DNA of 64,000 nucleotides, taken from Phoronis australis (lineage: Eukaryota; Animalia; Phoronida). The position numbers and the translations under genes were made by a program. Numbering within the stretch: the first letter of the stretch is position 1; the number at the start of each line of letters is the position of its first letter. Shown piece after piece: positions 24,851-37,533 of the stretch. The stretch lies in assembly GCA_002633005.1 (NCBI GenBank), contig NMRA01000568.1, forward strand, positions 1 through 64,000. Direction: 5' to 3'. The notes under the pieces are model-generated. The model was not told where the DNA came from. It saw only the letters and a program-made list of their open reading frames with translations, and did no database searches.

Positions 24851-27800
24851 CAAAATGAATTATTCTCACCCTAACCAATGCTTATATGAAATTGAAACAA
24901 AATCTGTCTCATTAGGTACAATTTGTAATACCTTTGGAGTATTCATGACTGCAAATGTTTTGAGAAGCCAACAATGAATAAACCACTGCGTTACCGGTTT
25001 TTTATAGATGCAATAAAGGTAATTGACCGGGCAACGAGGTCGTGTGAACTCTTGCTAATTCAGTATTTGCCGAGAGAAAGCATTTGTGAAACAATAACTC
25101 GATTTTATATGCTATGGTCACATGTTAGGGGAATCTTTTTTTAGATATACATGTACAAATACATTATTCAAATCATAGTTACTGTCTGTACAACTTTTGC
25201 CCTCACGGTTCTGTGGAAGGGGAATCTGCCCTTAGCGGCCCGTGACAAGTAAGTAGATTTCCAGTTTCGTGGCTAATTCACCAAAACAATTACGTGCAGG
25301 TTATTTGTGTGGTTCACTATTATAGTCTTTTCGTGAATGGAGGTTTAGTTTCCAACTTAAGTTGGTTTATGTTCGTGATATCCAGTCCCGGCTGCGGCCG
25401 CAACGGCCTGATCGGGTTCCAAGCCACTTACTGAGATAACAAGCGTTTTGTGTGTTTAAAACTGAAAAAAAAAACGCAAGTCTACAAGCACAACACACAG
25501 TTTTGTTCTTCTTGTCTGCATTTCAAACTCCCGCGATCGACCATGGTAAATTGGCTTACCAGTTTCTGTAGGCTACGGTACGTTCAAATACCTATAAATC
25601 CGTAACAGTGAAATCAAACAACCCGTTTGTTCAAGAACTCGGCGTATCTGTAAGGGCTTAAAACTCAAATTTTGATGATTTATTGGCGTAAAACGATGAA
25701 TTTAAGCGATAAGTTGACACCAGTAAGCGTGTTGTGAACGACTGAATAGACTGCGTTAGAACCGATTACGTCATTGGTTAATTTCAACACGTCTATCTCC
25801 GTCAGGTAATACAACTGAAATTGCTGTTATAGAGTGGAATTACTCGATCTAAACTGATACAAAATAGGTTGTTTCTTGGGTGGCGTTCTCTTTTAATACT
25901 GTCGTTACAGAATGAATCTATACGAGGTCTCCTCGCGGATAGTGTGTTGTCTAAAGTGACTTTCAGTAGTTCCCCACCGTCAAGCCAAATTTTAGCAAAA
26001 GAATAAATATTCTGAATGAAAAAGCCAATTTTTTTACTTAATTTTACCAATCTACCAATAATTGGGTCACGTGTATCTTAACTAAAATTTAGCAAAATAG
26101 AATCATAGCAAAACAACGGTATCAAAAACACGAAAAAATTTCGTTTGATATAGATTTTCAAGGTAAAATCTCAAAAACGCTGTTTCTTACTATCATCTCG
26201 TTCTCTGTTTCATGCAAATTTTGATTTTCACCATAAAATGTTTTGCTCACCCCTCGTGCAAAAATAGAAGTACAGCGACAACAATTCCGATAAGCTTATT
26301 GAAGAACAGTGCATACAAACACAAAACTTATTGAAGAACAGTGCATACAAACACAAAACGTACCGAGAGTGGCGTACATCAAGTAATATCCCACGAGACA
26401 TTATTCCGCGTATCGACCTTGACCTTCGGTCTCGGTTGATACGCGGAATAAGGTTGAGTGGGATATTACTTCATGTACGCCAATCGAGGTACGTCTTGTA
26501 TTTATCCCAAGCGCTTCGAATCTCCAAGTTTCTTGCATTTTTTCGGCAGATTTTTCAAATACTTCATCCAGACTGTTCATATGGCGGATCACATCCTATA
26601 TGTATGTACTTGCGCGTTAGGTTGCAAGTTTTCTCTTGTAAAAGAAATAGTCTTAAAAGTAGCGATTTATTTCTTGAAAAGAGGTAGCAAACATGAAAAC
26701 AACGGCAACTGTGCAGTGAACTTGTAACATCTCCTGGAAATAGTTAAAAAACAATAATATTTGATATTTTAATTTCCTAGCAATCGGCGCCTGAGTCGCA
26801 GACGATATACTATTCAGCAATCGAAAACTGAGACATAAGTGTCTTATAATTAACAGTTTTGTTCGAGATTTTACGTTTAGGGCCTGATTGCATGTCGAGT
26901 GTTAGTTACACTGTTGCAACTGTGTTAGTTTAAACTATATTCGGAAAGTTTGATGATCGAACCGGCTGAAGACGTCGAGTCGACATTGGCCTACCTTTTG
27001 AACTTTCCATGTCAGAGGTCGCTGTTGAAGTAGTGCGGCTAGTGAATACGGAAAACTTTATTTCATGGCCGTAATTCCCTCGACAGATTCAACGCGCGTG
27101 GGATAAAGCATAATATCTTAAAATTTATATGAATCCGATCAGTTATTTCTGAGATATCGTATTAGGCAAAATTGGACATTTTCTAGGCCCCTATGCAATT
27201 TTAAGTTATACGGGAAGTGGTAGAATATAACTAATAGACACTAGGGACCAACTGAGAACATATTGGTTATAGCCTAATACATTGGACAGAAACAATTAAC
27301 TAGGAACAAAGTGAAAAAACAAACTTGGGCAGTGATGGTGCATGTACTCGATTAACAGTTTGAAGCACTTTGATGTGATACTGACGTGCATAATGTAATA
27401 TCATGTTACAACAAACAACAAGTATTTTAGCAAGCAAAACGGAGTGAAAGAGAGCAAGTAAAGCCACGGATGTGGTCTACAGTGGCAATATTTAATAATT
27501 TGGTTAAAAACACAGACCCAGGAACGATAGTCTTTTCACACTAGTTGATTCAGTAGTAAAGGATTTATTTGAGTGAGGTACACTAAGCAGGGCTCCAGAT
27601 GTTTTGTCATACAATTACGCTATAATTAGAACTAGAAATTGCACACATTTTTTGAGTTTACCAACGTCCTTAAGCTCGTGAAAAATTCTGGTGTTGGCTC
27701 ACAAACAATGAAATAAATCTGCGACCAGAATAATGGACATGGCCAGTCTAGGCAAACTTACCTAACGTGCCGGACAGGGGATCGATGTTTCACGTTCACT

Positions 27801-28069
27801 TTGAGTTTCAATGTTTCGGCTAATGGAAGTCACTACGGTCCGGGACTTTAGGACTGTTTTCAGCTAACAAGAAGAAAAATGCTCTCTGAAGACCGCCACC
27901 AATGAGGCTTCCCTTTACAAATCCGACTACAGCTATTGCTTGCTCCTGTTTTTTTGCTCCTTTTACAATATCTGCCGGTGAAATTTGTTGAAGGGTTCGC
28001 ATGAAATATGCCACATGTATTATACGTTTCTAGGGAACAGAGCATGGCTGACTTTGCGTAAAAACATAA

Positions 28070-28414
28070 TTGATGGGAAAATGAACGAAGAACGACTGTC
28101 AGGACTTGCTCTCATAAACATAAATCAAAGTACTTGCATCGAATAAAAACGACAAGTCTTTATGTGCACGCAGTGGTGTGAACACACAGTTAAATGTAAA
28201 CTTAACTGTGTTATTTCTTTATCTTTATTGCCAAATGCATATTGGTTGAAAACACCGGAAAGTTAAATCTGGTATTCTATCTCACTAATGTTTAACATTA
28301 ATCAGTGGGTCGTCATAGTTACTCGCTTACTGGTCTACTGCTTGTGATACAATATTCTCTTCAGAAACATTGTTTTACTGATAAACCCTTTCGCAAAAGC
28401 TGGATCCGCCTTTG
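28070..28414 (+). mobile_element. hAT transposon 3' remnant (dimerisation domain plus right TIR)
   Basis: MNEERLSGLALININQ at 28081 is the hAT C-terminal dimerisation motif; terminal CTGGATCCGCCTTTG at 28400-28414. Confidence 0.75.
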
Positions 28415-28548
28415 TAACACGTCGCCATGTTTCCCTTAATGAGTTTGATTACACAATCCTATACCCAGATTGCCTTAACAGCAGGCACCTTCATACCTTG
28501 GAACATATTGTTTAACACACCTTCCTCACACGTGTGAAAATCAATTTA

Positions 28549-29922
28549 ATGGACAAATATAAGCGGTCGCTTTCAATCCATTTGCTAGGCACTGCTGTTA
28601 TAATGTTTCCCAGGTGTGGTTTTAAGCTTTTAAAGTGTCTCAAAATCTTGCAAGTTACCTGCGTTGCTGTTTTAGTGGTGTTGATAGTAAAAAACCGGAT
28701 GATCTCGTGGAATCTGAATGTTGAGCAAGACTCTGTCCCTACTCGTTACGAAAGGACGCCGACAAAAGTAATTCCCGACAGTGTAAAACAAAGCTCACAA
28801 TATTTTGGCGACGACGATGCACGTGTTCGACGTAATAGTGATGTGGCGCCACCGTCTACGCGAGTGGATTTATTAACAGCTAACGCAGTGCCTCCCACTG
28901 CCGAGCCAATGGCCGTTGTTAATGCCGTGGACTCAAAGAGACTTGCATCTCTGTTCAACATGTCTGAGGAGGATTACGTTCGAAGTCACAGTGTACTATT
29001 ACCGAAGGTGCTTCCGCGGAAAAACGTAGTACAGAATAACCTTGAAATAACTGAGGTATGTTTCGAAAATCCTGTATACCCAAAACTTCCACTCCGACTA
29101 TTGCTCACCAACGAAAACATCTGTAAAGACAGACCAATCGACCTACTCATAGTGGTCCATACAGATCCTCGTCATTTTGACAGGCGGCTACTGATTCGGA
29201 GAACATGGGGAAATGTTACGCTTTTTACTAAATTCAAATTGGCGATCGCATTTCTCATAGGAGAATCTTCTGTTGACAACACAAAATTAGCAGCGGAGAA
29301 CAATCTGTATCATGATCTCGTGAAAGGAGATTTCTCTGACACTTACCGCAATCTCACCTTGAAGGCAATCATGGGTCTCACGTGGATATCAGAGCATTGC
29401 GCGCATGCTAAATATGTTATCAAAGTAGACGATGATGTAGTTGCCAACATCTTCGCTCTTTTAGAGTACATTTTTGTCAGAAAGAAAGATGTCACTCGTT
29501 TCATTACGTGCACTACCAAACTTAGGGCACCTGTTGAACGTGACAATTCCAGATGGATTGTCTCGCCAAAAGATTGCGTTGGAATGAAAGTCTACCCAAA
29601 ACACTGCATTGGTCCTGCTATTCTGATGACAACAGAGGTCGCGCTTGATTTGGCTAAAGTGAGCCAGTGTCACCCGTTCTTTTGGATAGACGACGTGTAT
29701 ATGAGTGGCTTTTTGCCCAGATTGTTACCGTATAAAATCAAATATTTTAACATAAGGGACAAAATGTCAACAACCGAGAACGAGGCACACCATGAAATTC
29801 TTAAAAAGAACAATTCAAGGTTCCTTATTTATACAGGAGAATCTTCAAAATACCCCAAAGAAGTTTATTGGAAACAATTTCTCGCGTTCAGCGCAACTTT
29901 CAAGGCTCATGGTATTAAATGA
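28549..29922 (+). CDS. GT31 beta-1,3-galactosyltransferase (B3GALT1/B3GNT-like), single coding exon
   Basis: Type II TM segment (ILQVTCVAVLVVLIV), stem, then RRLLIRRTWG, GDFSDTYRNLTLKAIMGLTW, YVIKVDDDV (DxD), YPKHCIG and FFWIDDVYMSG. Intact ORF; start at ATG 28549 or 28603. Confidence 0.93.
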   Translation: MDKYKRSLSIHLLGTAVIMFPRCGFKLLKCLKILQVTCVAVLVVLIVKNRMISWNLNVEQDSVPTRYERTPTKVIPDSVKQSSQYFGDDDARVRRNSDVAPPSTRVDLLTANAVPPTAEPMAVVNAVDSKRLASLFNMSEEDYVRSHSVLLPKVLPRKNVVQNNLEITEVCFENPVYPKLPLRLLLTNENICKDRPIDLLIVVHTDPRHFDRRLLIRRTWGNVTLFTKFKLAIAFLIGESSVDNTKLAAENNLYHDLVKGDFSDTYRNLTLKAIMGLTWISEHCAHAKYVIKVDDDVVANIFALLEYIFVRKKDVTRFITCTTKLRAPVERDNSRWIVSPKDCVGMKVYPKHCIGPAILMTTEVALDLAKVSQCHPFFWIDDVYMSGFLPRLLPYKIKYFNIRDKMSTTENEAHHEILKKNNSRFLIYTGESSKYPKEVYWKQFLAFSATFKAHGIK

Positions 29923-30339
29923 TATTGCTGTGGTATAATATAGTCTCTGTACAGCTGTTCTGCAGCATTCTCCACCATTTTAGTTTCTGTAAAATCCATC
30001 ATTGTTACTTGGTTGGTGCTAGGAAGTTATTCTGTTACTATTTTTAAAAATGAAACGAGTAAATACATATTCATGATGACAGTTCGCGGTTGTTATACTT
30101 TAGACGGGATCACAGTCCAACTTCATACCTATTTATCTGTATAACGCTGACTGGTGGAAGTTTTTCTGATCAATGACAGAGGGCAAATTTTGCGAATTCC
30201 ATGCGAGGTCATTCATGGAAAAGTAAAAAGATTTGAGACTTGGGGCCGAAATCTAATCTTTTACTCGAAATTATTGATGCCATTTACTATTCTACCATTG
30301 TGCGAACTCGAGATGAGTGTCTGTAATTGTTTGAACGAG

Positions 30340-31260
30340 TACACAATGGCTTACGTAGATAACTTTATAATCCTCTTGCATACATCCTTGAAATGGTTTA
30401 TCTTTCCACAGAGGGTACACGTCTTCCCATAAGCAGGGCACGACTTCTTGCGCAGTTGGGTTGGTGCAGAGCGGCCATGTCCTTCATCGCAGTACATGCA
30501 GGTTGTGCCGGTTGTCGCTGCTGGCGCCTGTAGGAGCTGGTTGCTGCGACACCTTGAGATTCCAGCAGGCGGTTGGCGCAACGCTTCCCTGCCTCGTTGG
30601 CTTCAATGAATCTCAGGGTTTCTTCTAGGGACATGTCCGGGTTATGGTCACCAAGAAGGTCAAGTTGTATTTCCTAGTCGTTTAGGCCCCGAGCCACGCA
30701 GTATCGTATGATGTGGTCGGTGTAGTTAACGGTGGCACCGCAGTTGTGACATGTGACGAATTTGAAAATGCCTACTTGGCCTCTCAGACGGGCGCCAAAT
30801 GCTCGGATGGGTTCGTCCCTGTCTTGTCGCATGGAATGTGCTCGGGCCACCATCATGTTCTCCTCACAAACGGCAAGGGTTCGGATGCTCTGGAGGACCT
30901 CATCCTCAGTCTTGGAAGTGAGGGGGCCGCTGTTGTTGCGAGTAACATCTTTCCGAAGCGGCTCCTAACATCATTCAAGCGGCTGGATAATCAGATCTTG
31001 GCCGCTCATGACCATGGTGGCAGCAACATAGTCGCGCCATCTGTTGAGAAAGTACTCCCATTCTTCACTGGTGCCTGCTGCTGCGACGTTTGTTCGTTTG
31101 ATTTTCTCCGTGGTTGGTTTGTTAACAGTACTTATGTGGGCGGCGCTGTGTACCGTTATTAAAGCAACAGCCTGGTATGGGACAGGCGACAGCAGGCATG
31201 TTTGCTGGCAGTTTGGGTCAACGGCTACTGGTTGTGGTGTGCGCAGGTGGACTTGATCCT
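30340..31260 (-). mobile_element. Decayed Ty3/gypsy gag fragment
   Basis: WEYFLNRWRDYVAAT, MRQDRDEPIRAFGARLRGQ, MSLEETLRFIEANEAGKR and the zinc knuckle CPAYGKTCTLCGKINHFKDVC, with stops and frameshifts. Confidence 0.85.
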
Positions 31261-32699
31261 CTTTATAAATGAACTTTCAGTTACTTCAAAGGTCGTCCTT
31301 ATTAGAATGAAGAGGATCTGTAAATAAACAAAAGCGGGATTTTGTCTAACAATATGATAAAGTTCTACTATGTGAAATACGGCTTATTTACTAACAGAAA
31401 AGGCCGATAGCACAATCGTTGTTTGAAACAAGTAGTGTAAGGAAGCCCTATAGCGACACCTGATCGCCGGACTAAATTTTCCCTAGCGATTGCAGCTTTA
31501 CACACTTTCTTAACGTGGCCAGACCGTCCACATTGATGCTGGGATAGCACTAGCCGCTCGCTAGCTCGCCATGGCGACTTTTGGGCGGCACTGGGGATGG
31601 GTAGTGCTAAGTTCACTCGCCAACTTGGCGAATGCTTTCGCAATTTAACAAAAACTAATAATTTCGAGAAACCTACTCGGGTGTCGCCTAACAGTTATCT
31701 CGAATCAAGTCGCGCCACCACCAACGACATTCTGATGGTATTTCCATTCGGAGTCCTAAAAATAGCAAGCGAATGTCCCATTTCATGCCCGTCAACCCCC
31801 TGAAATCGCTCTTTTACCCCAACGAAATTTTCAACTGTGTGGGGAGAAATCAGCCCTCTTGGTAATGGCAGTTTATCACTTCATAGCGAGATCTCGTGTA
31901 GGTGCTGCTGCTCGTCGTGTGCAAGCGACAATGTCAAAACGAAGAATCAAGGACTATTTCGGCGGTAAACGCGACCCAGTCTCTCAAGCTTTTACAGTGG
32001 CGACGTGGTGTGGCCGGTCCGGAGGGATAAAACTGTGATGAGCTGAGCTGTCTCAGACATGCCAAATGAACTCAAGGCTTAAATTTACTATTTTCATGTT
32101 ACACGAAACTCTTCCAATTCATTTCCAACTTTACCAATTTTCAACGAACAATTTGTCGTGTTAAATATTGTTTGGGACTTGACACTATCTGTTTTTCTTT
32201 TAAGTGAGGAGAAGAAATTTGTTATCTATTTTTATATCAAAATACGTGACATGTCATACCGCGTCAGCTCGCTAGATGTCGCAAGTGTACAGTAAAAACA
32301 GGACCCTTGATTATCCGTGAGGAAAGTTGGCTGTGCCTTTTGAGAGGAGAATGTTTGGAGTGAGAGGAAAATTCTACATCCCGTTCACCATCAATAGCAA
32401 AACCTCATAGGCTCTGCCCCTGTTGCAAGAATTCCTAGGCTCTGCCTCAAGTAGCCAAAAGTAGCATTTTAAATTGTAAGCCGTGTGAGTCACAAATGAT
32501 TCGAACCTCGTAAGGAATCACTTGAGGGGAATGTTTCGGCCTCATGAGGGGAATTGCGCGTGGTTTTTCAATTTTTCAGAGGGAAATCGGGTCGATATTC
32601 GGCCCCATTAAGGATTGAAAGTCCTGAAAAAAATATTGAGAGACTGGGACGCGTTTACGTTTCGGCAGTGGCCGAAAGAAAGCAATGTAAAGTAAATGT

Positions 32700-32940
32700 C
32701 AGTTTATTACATAGTGAATTCTATATTCACTTCTATGCACGATTCAGCTTTATTACATAGTGAATTCTATATTCACTTCTATGCACGATTCAGCTTTATT
32801 ACATAGTGAATTCTATATTCACTTCTCTGCACGATTCAGCTTTATTACATAGTGAATTCTATATTCACTTCTCTGCACGATTCAGCTTTATTACATAGTG
32901 AATTCTATATTCACTTCTCTGCACGATTCAGCTTTATTTT
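32700..32940. repeat. 46-bp minisatellite (about 5 units)
   Basis: Unit CAGCTTTATTACATAGTGAATTCTATATTCACTTCT(A/C)TGCACGATT; period 46. Confidence 0.93.
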
Positions 32941-35632
32941 CCAAGTCGCAAGTTACGTTAACGTTTTGAACCTAAAGTCTTGGTCTATCATGTCTCCGCC
33001 GTACCCCCGAAAGTTACCCGAGGAGGGGGGGGGGAACCCTGCCCAATCTTTTAAGGTCAAAGTTATTTAAATGCCCATACAACCCCGGGTATGGGGCGAA
33101 CCTCTGCCCAAACTTTTTAGGTCACTATGTTGGCTGACATTAGGTTGCTATATGACCTTGGAATGTTGAGCATTTGTTTTTTTTTCTTAAAGCATGCGTC
33201 TTTTCTTATAGTACATTTACGAAAAGGACCTGTGCATAACATGAAAAATAAGAAGTTCGGTCGCGTAACTTTTTATCATTTGCGGGGTTGGGAAAAGAGA
33301 AAGTATTTGGCTAACAACATTTTAAAATGGCTAAAAGTTTTCAGAAGCTTTTGCCATTTTGCCTAGCGCGAGCCTAGGGATGGCATCTGGTCCATGATTG
33401 GATCACAGGCGTCCTCAGCTTCTGATCGTCCCCAATACACTACATACGCGACTACAAGGTATGACACTTGGGACAAGGAATTCCACGGGTGCTTCACTTC
33501 AGCCGTCCATATCAAACACAAAACTCAATAAATGTACACAAAACAGGATTTCAACAAACCACTAGCAATTGTTCTTTCTTCTAATAAAATTCACGGTGTC
33601 CTGCTCCAGCGAAGTCGCAAAAAATTCTTCAAAGCACAAAAATGTTCCCCCCAAAATATGCGTTCGTCTTCCTTTGACGGTTCGAGGTCAAGGACGGTAC
33701 GGAATTATCCACTCAGTTACGGAAAGTCACAACATCGATAACTCCACACATAGCCAACGATTTTATAGTTACCATATAGTATCTTTGACATACTAGACTG
33801 ACGTAACCTTCCGTGATGAACCGGCACTTGCCGTCCATCCGCGATTTTTTTTGCGTTCTGATTGGTCAGTTAGGCCGTCAGTCATAATCCTGGCGATAGG
33901 TCAATTGTCGATGAAATTTGCTCCCAATATTCTTGACGTTGTTAGGACATAGGAGGAAGCGTCCTTTTCGTTAAACAGAATACCGGTACGTCGGCGAAGG
34001 AGAGCAGTCAAATTTTCGCGTTTGGCTACAGCCGTAGAGCAAAGAGTTCGTTACCCACCACAACAGCCAAACTGCGTTGCTGGCTGCCTAATTACGGCAG
34101 TGGCAAGACTGCATGGAAGAGCCTCTCCAACATCAAGAAAGTCTGTCGAGGTTCCCCACGTCAGTGTCGCCATGCTTCCTTTCTGGCTGGCTCCAAACTC
34201 ACGAATTGCGCCATTTCGTGGTCAAGTCCCATCAACAAATTCTTATCGACAAAACAGTCGTATTCACGACAGTAACATGTTCCACTCCACGAAGCAGCCA
34301 ATGATATCCCTTGCTGTTTCCAAAATGGATTTTCTCTAAAGGTGGCACTGAATAGTTAGGCTGCGGCCGCGGCCAATTTGCACCCCCAAAATATTGAAAT
34401 TTTGGGGTAGGCCAAGTTTGGGGGCATTTTGTAGGTGGGCATTGCACGTAGGCTCAGTGAATGTGGTTTGTTTGTATTTGTGAACATGCTGTGAATAAAC
34501 TTGAAAAGACCACTTTCTTGGCTGTAGCTGCACTCTTCTTCAAGATGGCGGCCCCCGGCTGCAATTGTGCATTGTTGGGTAGCGACCGAGAAATTGGCTG
34601 TGATTTTAGGTAGCCCTCAAACAAGCAAGAATTGCCAAAAAACTAGTTGGTTGACAGTACTTTTGGACCACATTTTCGGAATCGGTAGGAAATTTGCTTT
34701 CAGACTCTAATGTTGGCTTTAGTCGTGCATCGGCAGGGAAGTGGTGTTTTTCGGTTGAAAAGTGCCGATTTTGCATTTTTTGCCCTTATTTTTCTTAGTC
34801 TAGCTTGGTTTTCAGTGGGAATGAAATGGTCAAAAATACAAGAAAGAATAAAGTTTCTGTGCTCATCTGCTGGGCTTTTTATGTGAAATAATTGAAAACA
34901 TGCCATTCTTTGCATCCCGTTTTTGACAGAGTGAAGAAAAGGTTACAAATCAAGTGATGTGTGTTTTGCTGGGCAAAACCAAGTGAGAACTGTTCTGTGC
35001 CTCCGAAGGGACTTTCAACGCGATTACAGTGCACTCTATCGGAAACTCTTTTTTTCAACACCTGTGTATGTGCTGTTCGATGCTTCGTATTCTAGTGTCC
35101 GTAATAGAAAAATCATTCCATAATTCAATCAAACTCTCGTCCATTCTTTTCCCGTTAGCTTCAAGTATGCGCATTCTAATATTGGGAATATCAAACTTCC
35201 AAGCTTAGAACCTTCAAGGATGACGTAACCGTTGTAACTCATCCATGATGTCACTTGTAGTGTATTCAGATGCATCCAGGTCAGACATACCGTTTGAAAT
35301 TCTCAATACAGAAAGTGTAGGACAGGTCAGCTAACCAGCAATGTCTAGCAACACTACCAAACCTGGGAATTAGTTTTCACTGGTTGTACTGATGTATGCT
35401 GAGAATTTGATAAGCCTACTTAATTAAGTGCGTACAATATGTTTTGCAGTTCTCCGACAACTTGGTGACTCAGATAAGCGCTGCAGTGGTAAAATTAGAG
35501 GTAAATAGGCGCCCAATTCCCCCCATTACCTTGAACACTGAATTTTAAAAGTGCACTGAGTTCGCAAAACCTGACTCACAAACATGTAGGCCTATATTTT
35601 GACTCACGAGTTTCTCATTTACTTCGAGTCTG

Positions 35633-35847
35633 CTGTGGCGAATCTAGGATGTCGCAGAAAGGGGCCCAACCACACATGTAGGAAAACAAAGGCCCGCATG
35701 CATTCCAAGCGGTCTCTGAAGGGGGGGGGCAAACACAATTTCAAAGGGAAATAGGTGCGTAATGCCCAGAAACGATATGCTGTCGGCGTTTTAGGCGACC
35801 GTGGGGCGTGTCCTCGGGGCTTTTTGGTCCCCCTTTATCCGCCTATG
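35633..35847. mobile_element. 215-bp hAT-like MITE (CAGTGGCGGAT family)
   Basis: Ends CTGTGGCGAATCTAGG and TTTATCCGCCTATG; flanks GTCTG and GTATG suggest a 5-bp TSD with one mismatch. Confidence 0.6.
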
Positions 35848-36130
35848 GTATGACACCATAATTGATAATGTCACACGCGTCGGAATATTCGACAACCATG
35901 CCGTCGTCAGCGTAGCAATGCATCGATAAGGTAATACACTCTTCGATTGTATCAAGACTGTGCCCTCACTTACTTTGCGTAGGCGATACGTGAAGGTGTA
36001 AAAAGGTGGTTGGCTGTGCCTACGCCTCGCTATAGCGTACTACGGTGCGTAGGCGCTACGTTTAAATGCCAAAAGGTGGTTGGCTGCGCCTACGTGCGCC
36101 TACGCTCCACTACAGGACTGGTGACTCCTC

Positions 36131-36678
36131 ATTTCGTCAGTAGAGTCCAGATAATACGAGTTTTATGTATATAGTGTAATGGGACTTCTCTGGATAGAAA
36201 AAAAGTTCCTAGGTGTTTGAGGTTTGCCAATACCATGGCTTTCTATGATGTTCGCTATCACCGACTTGAATGCCGTTTTTGGCATGCTTATGACCCGTCT
36301 TCAGTCGCCAAAAGAGTCTATGCTTTAGCTAGTGTCTTGCATTTGGTCACTGGGTCACCTGCAAATACAGTTCCATGTCGCAGGAGATCTCAATTAGTCT
36401 CGCGTGTTCAAAGGTATAGGCACATTTCTCTCGAGTTTTCACCATTGTAATTTTCTCATTTCTCATCGGACTTCATAAACTATACAAATATTACACGAAT
36501 CAAATGTTCCTGGATCGGCATGGAATAAAGGTGACGCAACAATACCAATTCGAAACCTTCCCACACACCCTTTGCACGCTGTTCTGGGCCGTCTTCAGCA
36601 TTGCACCGATAGAGAGCGTTAACATAGTGTCGTCACGTATAGGCGGTAATGTGACTCACCCTGAACTGAACTCGCGAG
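36131..36678 (+). pseudogene. Decayed TRPC-like cation channel exon (S2 to pore region)
   Basis: VMGLLWIE, RFWHAYDPSSVAKRVYALASVL, LGHLQI, SRVFKGIGTFL and FTIVIFSFLIGLHKLYKYY...FETFPHTLCTLFWAVFSIAPIESVNIV (TRPC LFW pore motif). Several frameshifts and stops; ends at an AG|GTAAGC donor. Confidence 0.75.
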
Positions 36679-37533
36679 GTAAGCACTAAATTTACGATAT
36701 GCACCACAAATCAATCCATATTAAAACGCGGCTTTGCAACTAAAACGTCGTCCTTCTTGGAAAATGCATGAATTAGGGTACGACCTTTGTCTCTCTAACC
36801 TCCACGTAGTTTTTTTTTGCGCTGATAAACCGTTAGGTAGCAAAAGTGTTTTTTTCTTTGGGCGATCTTCGTTAGCGATTCATCGTGTAAACGTTTCTGA
36901 AACAAACTGGTTTTCAACTTGGCTGAGAAGATGTGTTTGAATACCTCATCGCTGTACTTCAGTCCATAACTCACTATTTCCGGCACTTTACCGCGGTGTG
37001 TCCCGGGTTTTATGTGTCCTGTTTTATGCATATCAGGGTTCTACGTGTCCCTGTTCTATATGTCCAGTTTTCTGTGTATCGGACGGGGTTCTAAGTGTAC
37101 CGGGTTCTGTATGTCCCGGTTTGGTAGTTTTGATTGTCCCTCTGAAGAGAATGTCCTAGCTGCATACATGTATATTTGAATGCCAGCATACGGGCGCGTT
37201 ATTCTCTGGATTAGCCCGAAGCTTCACTTCAAATTCACGCAAGCCGGACGATTTCTCCAGGGGAGACAATGGTTACTTTCACACCGGGTTCTATGTGCTC
37301 CTGTTCAGCACTCGGCCAGCCAAGAAAATCAACATAAGATTGCCGTTTGCGACGTAGCCAAAATCTCGCAAACTAAAGGCGCATTTTCAAGGTCCGGCTC
37401 GCATTCGAAAATTCCAGGGGGCGTTGCTTGATCTGACAACGACCACTCGGCAGGATACGATGATGATGATGCATAAAAACATGTTACATTATTACTTGCC
37501 GATTTTTTGCCAATCTGAAATAGGCGCATGTTA

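Noticed and set aside
28534-28548. GTG start of the 462-aa ORF
   Set aside because: This is a eukaryotic gene; in-frame ATGs at 28549 and 28603 are more plausible.
35060-35290. Minus-strand coding-looking stretch (WKFDIPNIRMRILEANG...)
   Set aside because: Interrupted by stops and not assignable to any family I recognise.
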